A DNA stretch of 64,000 bases from an uncultured candidate division Zixibacteria bacterium (lineage in GTDB: Bacteria; Zixibacteria; MSB-5A5; UBA10806; 4484-95). A program made the translations under genes and the position numbers. The stretch covers positions 32,001 to 96,000 of the forward strand of contig CAXXKA010000001.1 in assembly GCA_963668625.2 (NCBI GenBank), read 5' to 3'. Below, piece by piece: positions 9,923-18,328 of this stretch; position 1 is the first letter of the stretch, and each line of letters starts with the position of its first letter. Under the pieces are notes generated by a model. That model did no database searches, was not told the DNA's origin, and saw only the letters and a list, made by a program, of their open reading frames with translations.

Positions 9923-10417
9923 ATGAGAATATATTTAGTCCGTCATGGTCAGCCTAATTCCGCCGATATCGACCCGGCTAAAGGTTTATCCGAAAACGGT
10001 AGGGCCGAGATTACTCGTCTGGCCAATTCGATAAGGCATCTTAACATAAAGGTCGAAAATATTTATCACAGTAGTAAAACCCGCGCCTTACAAACCGCAA
10101 TGCTTTTGTCGAACGCGGTGAAATCCTCGGGAGGAGTAAGCCTTAAAGAGGGCATAACTCCTAATGATCCGGTCGAACCGATTGCCGCCGAGATAGAGGC
10201 CCTGGATCAGGATTTGATGATAGTCGGGCATCTGCCGTTCATGGGTCGTCTGGCCTCGATGCTTCTGATTAAGGATAATCACAAAAACCTGCTCGATTGG
10301 CACACCGGCAGTATGGCCTGTATAGAGTACGATGGTGGATCGTATATATTGCAATGGTTTATCAACCCGGATGTTGTAGTCGCCGATATTGCCGGGCAGT
10401 TCAAGTCTTATCATTGA
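9923..10417 (+). CDS. sixA: Phosphohistidine phosphatase
   Basis: YLVRHG, SSKTRALQTA, IVGHLP; ATG at 9923 after GGAG. Confidence 0.9.
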   Translation: MRIYLVRHGQPNSADIDPAKGLSENGRAEITRLANSIRHLNIKVENIYHSSKTRALQTAMLLSNAVKSSGGVSLKEGITPNDPVEPIAAEIEALDQDLMIVGHLPFMGRLASMLLIKDNHKNLLDWHTGSMACIEYDGGSYILQWFINPDVVVADIAGQFKSYH

Positions 10418-10487
10418 GATATTACTCGCTTGACCGGGTAAGTATAAATAGTTACCATGATAATGAGATATATGTAAGGAGGAATGC

Positions 10488-10898
10488 GTGGTCTATGAAT
10501 TAAAAAAGATTGATCTTTGGAGCGCACTGAAAGTTTGTTTTTTGATCAGCCTTATTGGCGGAATAATCATTAGTATAATTTTCAGTATCTTTTTCATGAT
10601 TATTTTCGCAATTCCAGGCCAATTCGATAGATACGATTCATTCAGCGGGTCGGGATTAAATCCGGCCGCGTTCGGCGTTTTCGGAGGTATTATCATCGGT
10701 GTTCTCTATGGTTTTGCTTTCGTAGTAATAAACGGGATAATAACTCCCTTGATAACGGTACTTCTATATAACCTGGTAGCCGCTTGGGTAGGGGGGATCA
10801 AAATAAAACTGAACAAAATCGAAGAGGTAGCATACCCGGCTCAACCATCAACTGGGCAGATGCAGCAACCGGGAAATACTACAGGAGGAATCACTTAA
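10488..10898 (+). CDS. DUF3566-like membrane protein
   Basis: ELKKIDLWSALK, two TM segments, LYNLVAAWVGGI. Confidence 0.7.
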   Translation: MVYELKKIDLWSALKVCFLISLIGGIIISIIFSIFFMIIFAIPGQFDRYDSFSGSGLNPAAFGVFGGIIIGVLYGFAFVVINGIITPLITVLLYNLVAAWVGGIKIKLNKIEEVAYPAQPSTGQMQQPGNTTGGIT

Positions 10899-10899
10899 A

Positions 10900-12348
10900 A
10901 TGTCTGATGTTCGTGTTCGTATCGCGCCATCACCCTCGGGCTACCTTCATATTGGTACGGCCAGAGCGGCGCTTTTCAACTGGCTGTTCGCCCGTCAAAA
11001 CGGCGGCAAGTTTCTTCTACGCATCGAGGATACGGATCAATCGAGATCATCGCAGGAGATGGTTGATGTTATAATAGAGAGTCTGAAATGGCTTGGGTTG
11101 GAATCGGATGAGCCGCCGGTTTTTCAATCGCAGCGGTTGGATATGTATAAAAAGTGCGCCGATCAGTTGCTGGAAAGCGGCCATGCTTACAGGTGTTTCT
11201 GTAATCCCGATGAGCTTAAAGCCAAACAAGAGGCCGCCCGGGCGGAGAAACGCAATCCGCGCTATGATAGAACCTGTATGAATCTTTCAGAAGCCGAGAT
11301 ACAGAATAACCTCGATGATGGTAAACCGTTCGCGATCAGGTTGAAACTTCCCGAGGGCGAGACGACTTTCAACGATTCGGTAGTAGGGGAGACCTCAAAA
11401 AAACACGAGGACCTCGATGATTTCATAATCTGCCGTCGCGATGGCCGGGCCGTATATAACCTGGCGGTTGTCGTGGATGACCATGAGATGGGAATCAGCC
11501 ATGTGATACGGGGTAACGATCATATCTCGAACACGTTCAAGCAGATTCTTATCTACAAGGCTTTAAATTACGAATTGCCACAGTTTGCGCATGTGCCGTT
11601 GATTCTCAATAAGGGCAAGTCCAAGATGTCCAAGCGGGATGGCGCGGCGGCGGTTACCGATTACGCCAAGCTGGGATATCTCAAGGAGGCGGTGGTTAAT
11701 TTCATCGCGCTTCTGGGGTGGTCGCCGGGGGATGACCGTGAGGTGATGAGTTTGCAGGAGATGATCGACTCGTTCGATCTTGGGCGTATCAATAAAGCCA
11801 ATGCTGTTTTCGATATGGACAAACTCACCTGGATGAATGGAGAGTATATCAGGAACACCGACACCTACAAGCTGGTCGATATGCTTCGTCCTTACCTGGT
11901 GGAACCCGGGCTGGTGACGCAGCTTTTTATCAACACTCGCTGGGATTTCATGATGAGTTTCGTGGATATGATGAAAGAACGATGCAAGCTTCTGACCGAT
12001 TTCGCCGAGCAGGGAAGTTATTTCTTTACTGATAAATTCGATTACGAGGAGAAGGGTGTTAAAAAGCATTTTGCGGCTCCCGAATCCAAAGATTTAATTA
12101 ACCAATGGGTTGATATCCTTAAGGGCATAGATTCCTGGAATAAGGATAATATCGAACAAGCTTTACGGGATTTATCCGATAAGTTGAAGGTAAAACCGGC
12201 CATGTTGATACATCCAACCAGGCTGGGAATATCCGGCACTACCAAAGGGCCATCACTTTTTGACATGATGGAGCTTTTGGGCAAGGATGCTTGTGTAAGC
12301 CGGATGTCAAGGGCTCTTGATTTTGTTAATACTTTGGAGGTTAAATAG
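10900..12348 (+). CDS. gltX: Glutamate--tRNA ligase
   Basis: RIAPSPSGYLHIG (HIGH), KMSKR, LRIEDTD. Confidence 0.97.
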   Translation: MSDVRVRIAPSPSGYLHIGTARAALFNWLFARQNGGKFLLRIEDTDQSRSSQEMVDVIIESLKWLGLESDEPPVFQSQRLDMYKKCADQLLESGHAYRCFCNPDELKAKQEAARAEKRNPRYDRTCMNLSEAEIQNNLDDGKPFAIRLKLPEGETTFNDSVVGETSKKHEDLDDFIICRRDGRAVYNLAVVVDDHEMGISHVIRGNDHISNTFKQILIYKALNYELPQFAHVPLILNKGKSKMSKRDGAAAVTDYAKLGYLKEAVVNFIALLGWSPGDDREVMSLQEMIDSFDLGRINKANAVFDMDKLTWMNGEYIRNTDTYKLVDMLRPYLVEPGLVTQLFINTRWDFMMSFVDMMKERCKLLTDFAEQGSYFFTDKFDYEEKGVKKHFAAPESKDLINQWVDILKGIDSWNKDNIEQALRDLSDKLKVKPAMLIHPTRLGISGTTKGPSLFDMMELLGKDACVSRMSRALDFVNTLEVK

Positions 12349-12380
12349 TTAGGCGGATGATTAAAATCCTAAAAATCTGC

Positions 12381-12410
12381 TTGACTTTAGCGCAAATTTG
12401 ATTATTTAAT
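12381..12410 (+). promoter_or_regulatory. Putative sigma70 promoter for the tRNA-Gln transcript
   Basis: TTGACT at 12381 with an AT-rich -10 (TATTTA/TTTAAT) 16-18 nt downstream. Confidence 0.45.
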
Positions 12411-14000
12411 AGGTGAGTGTCTTTTGAAGGCCAGTTGCAGCGTATATCCCCCCCATTGAGTTGCATTGCCTGTCGGGAGACATTCTTCTACTCTCTGGGG
12501 TATCGTCCAATGGTAGGACAGCAGACTCTGGATCTGTTGATCGGGGTTCAAATCCTCGTACCCCAGCTTTGACTCGAAAGTGTGCCTTTCCGCCAAAATG
12601 TGGAAAGGCTTTTTGTATGTGGGATATAGAGTTCCGTGGAAAATAGTACAGTTCGAAAGTATAATATTCAGTAGTTTCCGCTGTTCATGCCTATTTTTAC
12701 CTAAGTATTTGGTATATGCATTGTTAGCGAGTTCTAAAATTTTTATACCTGTCTCAAAGTAATTCACGTCAGCATTATTATGAGCTTCCACTTTGCTGGC
12801 GATTTCGACTAATTCATTTTGCCATTCTAATGATTTTCGCTCCCAGAAGCTCTCAGATATCACTCCTGATAGTTTATCCTCATAAGCTTTATCAATAAGC
12901 CCCTGGATGTGCTTAGCACGCTTATTTAAAGTCTTTAGAGCTTTGTTGTGATAGTCAATTTTGTCTTTGTGGCTGTCCCTTAAAGCCTTCTTGATATCCG
13001 CAACCAGGTTGTCATCAATTTCTATTCTCTTTACAACATCAGCCAGCAGTTCAGCCAATTTTTCTTCCCGAATATAAGTATTTCCGCATTTTCCCTTGAA
13101 ACCGGTACAACGGTAATAAATATATTTGCCCTTTTTTAGTTCAGGTGTCATTGCGCAACCACACTTATCGCATTTTAATAGACCGGCAAAAGCAAAATTC
13201 CGTTTTGTCTCCTTGGGATGATTTGTCCCCTCAAGTACAGCCTGAACCTGATCAAAAAGCTTTTTAGTGATTATAGGCTGATGTTTACCCTGATATCGCT
13301 TGCCTTTCCAGAGTATTTCACCGTAGTAAATCGGATTTTGCAAAATCTTATGAATTCCAGATTTACTGATAAATGTAGTTTTATTTGTGCAGAATCCAGC
13401 TTCTCTGGCAACATCCATTAGCATTTGTAACGAATAATTGCCAGTTGCATATAATTCAAACAGCTTTCTAACCAGGGGAGCTTTGAGTTCATCGATATCG
13501 AGCAGATGCGTACTTTTATTAGATTTATAGCCAACCGGTGCTTTTGTCGGCCATTCGCCTTGAGCCGCTTTTTCGGTAAGTCCCTTTTTGACTTCCTCAG
13601 ATAGGTTGTCGATATAGTTTTTCGCCATTAGTACTTTGATACCATGCAGGAATTTCTCGGAAGAATGGGAGTTTTGCGAAATTATACAACCTTCTTTTAC
13701 AAAATGTATTTCAATGTTAAGTTCATCAAGAGTAATCCAGTCCCTGATATTTCGATATAGACGGTCAGTCTTTTCAGCCAAAACGATATTGCAGGTTTTA
13801 TTCGATTTGAGGAATTTGAGCATTTTATTAAAACCGGTTCGGCCAGTAGATTTAGCAGTCTCGATATCTTTAAATTCCTCAGCTAAAACAATACCTTTCT
13901 CTTGAGCGTAATTCCTCAAAAGCTTTAACTGAGAGGGGATAGAGAAACCTTCCTGCTCCTGCTCTTTTGATGATACTCTGGCGTAAATAACGGCTTTCAT
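12402..14000 (-). CDS. Large serine recombinase (integrase); last 53 aa read antisense through the tRNA
   Basis: YARVSS catalytic motif, EKTDRLYRN, recombinase domain, CDKCG..YYRC zinc ribbon, coiled coil. Confidence 0.93.
   Translation of the reverse strand: MKAVIYARVSSKEQEQEGFSIPSQLKLLRNYAQEKGIVLAEEFKDIETAKSTGRTGFNKMLKFLKSNKTCNIVLAEKTDRLYRNIRDWITLDELNIEIHFVKEGCIISQNSHSSEKFLHGIKVLMAKNYIDNLSEEVKKGLTEKAAQGEWPTKAPVGYKSNKSTHLLDIDELKAPLVRKLFELYATGNYSLQMLMDVAREAGFCTNKTTFISKSGIHKILQNPIYYGEILWKGKRYQGKHQPIITKKLFDQVQAVLEGTNHPKETKRNFAFAGLLKCDKCGCAMTPELKKGKYIYYRCTGFKGKCGNTYIREEKLAELLADVVKRIEIDDNLVADIKKALRDSHKDKIDYHNKALKTLNKRAKHIQGLIDKAYEDKLSGVISESFWERKSLEWQNELVEIASKVEAHNNADVNYFETGIKILELANNAYTKYLGKNRHEQRKLLNIILSNCTIFHGTLYPTYKKPFHILAERHTFESKLGYEDLNPDQQIQSLLSYHWTIPQRVEECLPTGNATQWGGYTLQLAFKRHSPIK
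12496..12566 (+). tRNA. tRNA-Gln (anticodon CTG), CCA not encoded
   Basis: Cloverleaf: acceptor TGGGGTA/TACCCCA, D stem GTCC/GGAC, anticodon arm GCAGA-CTCTGGA-TCTGT, T arm CGGGG-TTCAAAT-CCTCG. Confidence 0.97.
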
Positions 14001-14004
14001 CAGC

Positions 14005-14166
14005 TTACTTAATCCTCTTTTTATCGATATCTTTTATCACCAGGGTGCGTACGTATTCTTGAATACTTTTACCCTCAAGCGCGCTGATAGCTTTAAGCTG
14101 CTTTCGTTCATCATCTGTAAATCTGATATGAACCATCTTGTTTAAATTCCGTTTTCGATCTTTCAT
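14005..14166 (-). CDS. Small ribbon-helix-helix DNA-binding protein
   Basis: VHIRFTDDERKQLKAISALEGKSIQEYVR RHH pattern; ATG at 14166 preferred to the track start. Confidence 0.65.
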   Translation of the reverse strand: MKDRKRNLNKMVHIRFTDDERKQLKAISALEGKSIQEYVRTLVIKDIDKKRIK

Positions 14167-14338
14167 GATATATATATAACCACAATACATAAAGTTGTCA
14201 ATAATTAAAATCACCGTACATGGTTGGACATAGTTTTCTATATAGACTAATAAGAATTCTGCAAAGATAGAAAATATAATAAAAAACCTTGTCCAACTGT
14301 GTACTATGTCCCAATGGCAATGAATCAGCATTCCATCA

Positions 14339-16474
14339 TCAAGAGTCATTTAATGCTATTCCTCTATATGTTATCGGTTTAGTACCTGTTGTCTGTCGAT
14401 ATTTTGTTAAACCTCGCTCAATCAATAAGCGGCCAAATTGCGTGCTTGTTACAATCTTTTCGTTATTTGATTCAGCCCAAAATTTGTATTCACTATAGAG
14501 TTCTTTGGCTGTAACTTCCATTTTTAAACCTAAAATGCAACGTTCTTCAATAAATCCAGCTAAAATGTCCATTTCTGAACGATAAGAACTGGTAGCAACT
14601 AATACATCATCGGGCGGTTTAAATCCTTCTTTTTGCCACATTAAACATCCCTCAATAGCCCAATTTAATATTGCTGGGAGTTCTTTTTTTAGCTTTTGAA
14701 ATAATTCTTTATCAACAAGGTGATCGGGAATAGTGAATCTGAATGGGATCAATCTAATTCTTCTCCAAATTGCATCATCAGTACCTCTAATAACAGGTTT
14801 GTGGTTCGTGCTAAGCCACACTTTGCAAACTGGATTAAACTCAAAGAATTCGCCATGTAAAAACCGTGCTGTAATTCTATCACCTCCGGTTATTTGTTTT
14901 ATAAATGCTTCAGACAAATATCTTCCCTGATCCGTCTCTGATGCCGATACAAGTCTAATCCCATGCAATCGTGCGACATCGTTTGGAATACCTTGATTAT
15001 TTTTAACTAATAAAGTATCTGTTGGAGTTTGAGATGCATAGTCTCCTAATAATGACATAATTATATTTAAAAATGTAGATTTTCCATTATTACCTTCTCC
15101 AAATAAAATAAAAAAGCACTGTTCCGAAATACTTGCTGTCATAGAGTATCCAACAGCTTTTTGTAAAAAACCGATTAACTTATTATTATCCTGTAAAATT
15201 GTAGATAAAAAGTCATTCCAGAGGTTGCTTTTTAAGTTGGGGGTGAACTCGATTTGACTTATTTTGGAGAGCATCTTTGTTCGTTCATGCTGAAGAAGAT
15301 TACCGGACTTTAAATCTATTATACCATTTGCACAATTAAATAAGAAAGGTTCTTTATCAAACTTTTGCTGAGTAACTGGCTGCAATGCTTTGGCTTCTTC
15401 TAACATACCCGATATATGACTGTGTGACTGGAAAGATAGAGATTTTTTCTTCATTTTTTGTCGATATTCTTCATCGCTAATTTTAGTTGATTCTGTCAAT
15501 AGCAATTCAGCTATAGAATGAGCATAAGTTCTGATTTTCTTTGCATCGTCTTTAAACCATCTTTTTCCATCCCATATAAACCATTTCCCATTGTCAGTAC
15601 AATATAGGATGTCTTTTCCGAAAAGATGACTTAACCTTTTAGCATTCCCCAAATCAGACAAGTCAAAAATCTGCTCATCAGTTTGTGATTCCGGGAAATT
15701 AGGTTTCGGCGGATAATTGCAAACGCTTTTAGCAATTCGCCTCAAATCGCGATCATCCTTCGGTGGCGAGCAATTGCTATTTAAACTTTGTAGTGAAATA
15801 TAAATATCTTCCTCACCTAATCCTTTTGATCTAAGTTTGCCTGCTTCGGATGTTAGCCAATTATCGCGACGGCCTTTCAAAATTATTCCTTTCTTATTAT
15901 CATCATGCCGTTTCGAGCTTTTTAACAATTGTTCAAGCTCAGATGGAAGCATAGCAATACTCACATCCTGGGGATGATTATCTTTTTGCCAAACATATTT
16001 CCCCCCATTCGGGTGAATACTACCAGGCAAAGCTACGTAGCCATTTGAACGAACGTCAATGCCTGTTGGTAATTTACCGGTGGAATTACTTGGCTTGAAA
16101 TTACTGGGACGTTTGAAATAAATATGTTTACCACCCGTAGGTGTGTTACTTATAACAGTATTACTATACTCAATATTTAATTCCGCGCATAATATCTGCC
16201 AGGCTTTAACACCATCAATACCGTTTTTTACATCCAGGTCAAATACTACTAATCCAGTTTTTTTGCAATCTAATCCCCAATTCGCATTTGGATACATCTT
16301 ATGCCATCGTTTTATTTGCTCAGGATCATTTGTTGAATTTTTAAATCCTTTCTTTGTTAAAGGTGTTTTTTCGCCAGGATTTAGAGGGAATATAAACCCT
16401 CCCCATTTGATAAATTGCAAAAGTGTATCCAGAGTGATTGTCTGGGCTTTATTATCTTTTGTCAGAGTTTTCAT
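14339..16474 (-). CDS. Bifunctional prim-pol / P4-family (D5-like) primase-helicase
   Basis: N-terminal FPLNPGEKTP, VFDLD, TPTGGKHIYF; PriCT-like region; SDLGNA; Walker A GEGNNGKS; DDAIWRR. Start (16474 vs 16573) uncertain. Confidence 0.9.
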   Translation of the reverse strand: MKTLTKDNKAQTITLDTLLQFIKWGGFIFPLNPGEKTPLTKKGFKNSTNDPEQIKRWHKMYPNANWGLDCKKTGLVVFDLDVKNGIDGVKAWQILCAELNIEYSNTVISNTPTGGKHIYFKRPSNFKPSNSTGKLPTGIDVRSNGYVALPGSIHPNGGKYVWQKDNHPQDVSIAMLPSELEQLLKSSKRHDDNKKGIILKGRRDNWLTSEAGKLRSKGLGEEDIYISLQSLNSNCSPPKDDRDLRRIAKSVCNYPPKPNFPESQTDEQIFDLSDLGNAKRLSHLFGKDILYCTDNGKWFIWDGKRWFKDDAKKIRTYAHSIAELLLTESTKISDEEYRQKMKKKSLSFQSHSHISGMLEEAKALQPVTQQKFDKEPFLFNCANGIIDLKSGNLLQHERTKMLSKISQIEFTPNLKSNLWNDFLSTILQDNNKLIGFLQKAVGYSMTASISEQCFFILFGEGNNGKSTFLNIIMSLLGDYASQTPTDTLLVKNNQGIPNDVARLHGIRLVSASETDQGRYLSEAFIKQITGGDRITARFLHGEFFEFNPVCKVWLSTNHKPVIRGTDDAIWRRIRLIPFRFTIPDHLVDKELFQKLKKELPAILNWAIEGCLMWQKEGFKPPDDVLVATSSYRSEMDILAGFIEERCILGLKMEVTAKELYSEYKFWAESNNEKIVTSTQFGRLLIERGLTKYRQTTGTKPITYRGIALNDS

Positions 16475-16593
16475 GATCAAACCCTTGTTTTTTATTCTCC
16501 GATTCATCCTGATCCCATTCATGTAGCAAGTCGAAAAAAGCGCAGATATTATCTCGCGATTCTTTATCCGCAAGGATTATGGATTCTGGTTGA

Positions 16594-16863
16594 TTAATAA
16601 CTGTTTTTTCCATCCTGCACCTGATCGACTTTATATCTCAATTCCCGGAAAGCCTGGGAATAACTTCGAGGCTCCACAAGAGCATTACCGGCTATAAAAT
16701 TATCGATTTCTGTTTTAGCTTGTTCAGCGGAAAAGTGGAAAATGCCGAACCGTCCCGACCGCTCAACTTTTAGTAAATCAATCCCCCTGGCAGTTAGATA
16801 AGCGGCTAATTGAAGATTGTCTGTTTGGAAAACATGCCCATTATTATTCTCTACTTTACTCAT
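16594..16863 (-). CDS. DUF5659-like small protein
   Basis: FQTDNLQLAAYLTARG...FHF pattern; lies upstream of the primase. Confidence 0.6.
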   Translation of the reverse strand: MSKVENNNGHVFQTDNLQLAAYLTARGIDLLKVERSGRFGIFHFSAEQAKTEIDNFIAGNALVEPRSYSQAFRELRYKVDQVQDGKNSY

Positions 16864-16977
16864 GCAATATATTTAACGCTAAGCCACGCTATTAATCAAA
16901 CCAGTAAAAGTGATTTTACGTATAAAACAAATGTAATTATACTTCTTGTAACTTATTGTAATATAATGGAATATACG

Positions 16978-18144
16978 TTAAGGTGACTTTGATAAAATAT
17001 CTTTAATTGTTATTGCCGCAAGACCATGTTTTTTGGCAAGCTTATTATAAATCCAAGTATCTGTCTTACCATTTTGATGGTACTTTTTATATTCAGCATG
17101 GATTTTGGTATTTCTTTCTTTCGTTGTTTTGCTTTGTCCTTTTCTACTGGATTCGCTTTTTTTTCGGGCCGCTTTCCGCTTGACTATGATATCTCGCATA
17201 TTTACCGGCAATCTATTTAATGCTTCCATCAAATCAATAGAGTATTGATAACCGTGGAAACCCTCAATCTCTTTATCCCAAGTATATCTAAATTTCTCTG
17301 GAAGTTTACCAATATCTAAACTGAAGTATTCTCGTTCAAAATCGTCCTTTATTACTCTAATTTTGCTATTGATATTTTCTGCATCGGCTAATCCAATAGG
17401 CACATTGGAGTTAAAATCAAAATCTACTCTTGATAAATTTCTAATAACAGATTTTGATTTATCAATAATGAAATCTATATCAGCTTCAGGATTATTTTTA
17501 AGTTCGCTGCTGATTTTTAGAAGAATGAAAAACGATAAAGGGTCTAAATAAGTCGAATACAATTCAGCACTATTACTAATGCCAATATTATATAGTAATT
17601 TAAAGAATCTATAAGTGTATTTATCTATTAGTATTTCTAAATTCATTATATTATCATATTCGCCAAATTCCTCATAATAAGCTATTCTGTGGATTAAGAA
17701 ATTTATTAAATTTTCTAATTGTGTTTTTATCTTGTTTTGCAATATTGCTAAAGAATCTTCATCGGGCTTAACGGTCAATACTGATTTTGGCAACACAAAA
17801 TCCCTAAACCGGTTTAAGTATTTTTCATTGTAGATAGCTGCGATATCAGAAACACATTTCTCAGCCCATTCATTAATTTCATCGAATAATATTTCAAGCT
17901 GTTTGAGTGTGTATGCTTTTGGGTGAAATTGATCGATAGTCGATTTTTTTACATACTTGTTGCTAATAATGGTATAGCGAAGACCGCGATCCCTATATGC
18001 AATATAAAGCGGGTGTTGTGGTTTCTCAAACTTCGTTAATTTTTTTGATAATATCTTTATCCCATCGGACAGATGATCCTTCAATAATGAGATATTATCC
18101 GGATTGATGGCTAATATTTTATGTTGTTTAGGCTGTTTTTCCAT
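16978..18144 (-). CDS. Hypothetical protein with basic, HTH-like C-terminus
   Basis: 388-aa ORF ending ERNTKIHAEYKK...IYNKLAKKHGLAAITIKDIL. Confidence 0.6.
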   Translation of the reverse strand: MEKQPKQHKILAINPDNISLLKDHLSDGIKILSKKLTKFEKPQHPLYIAYRDRGLRYTIISNKYVKKSTIDQFHPKAYTLKQLEILFDEINEWAEKCVSDIAAIYNEKYLNRFRDFVLPKSVLTVKPDEDSLAILQNKIKTQLENLINFLIHRIAYYEEFGEYDNIMNLEILIDKYTYRFFKLLYNIGISNSAELYSTYLDPLSFFILLKISSELKNNPEADIDFIIDKSKSVIRNLSRVDFDFNSNVPIGLADAENINSKIRVIKDDFEREYFSLDIGKLPEKFRYTWDKEIEGFHGYQYSIDLMEALNRLPVNMRDIIVKRKAARKKSESSRKGQSKTTKERNTKIHAEYKKYHQNGKTDTWIYNKLAKKHGLAAITIKDILSKSP

Positions 18145-18328
18145 TGAGCAATGTCTTTACTTTTCTATTCAATCAGGTACTATTCTGGCTTTTATTTAAC
18201 ATCAAGAATTAATAATGTCAACTATCATCTGTATTCGAGTGGCTTGTTTAACCTGATTTCCCGCTTGCCATCTTAGACTATAGCTCCTATATTAACATCT
18301 ACGCATATTTAACCAGTTCGGGGGTCGA

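Noticed and set aside
14167-14349. N-terminal extension of track ORF 14005-14349
   Set aside because: AT-rich, promoter-like sequence; the RHH domain starts at ATG 14166.
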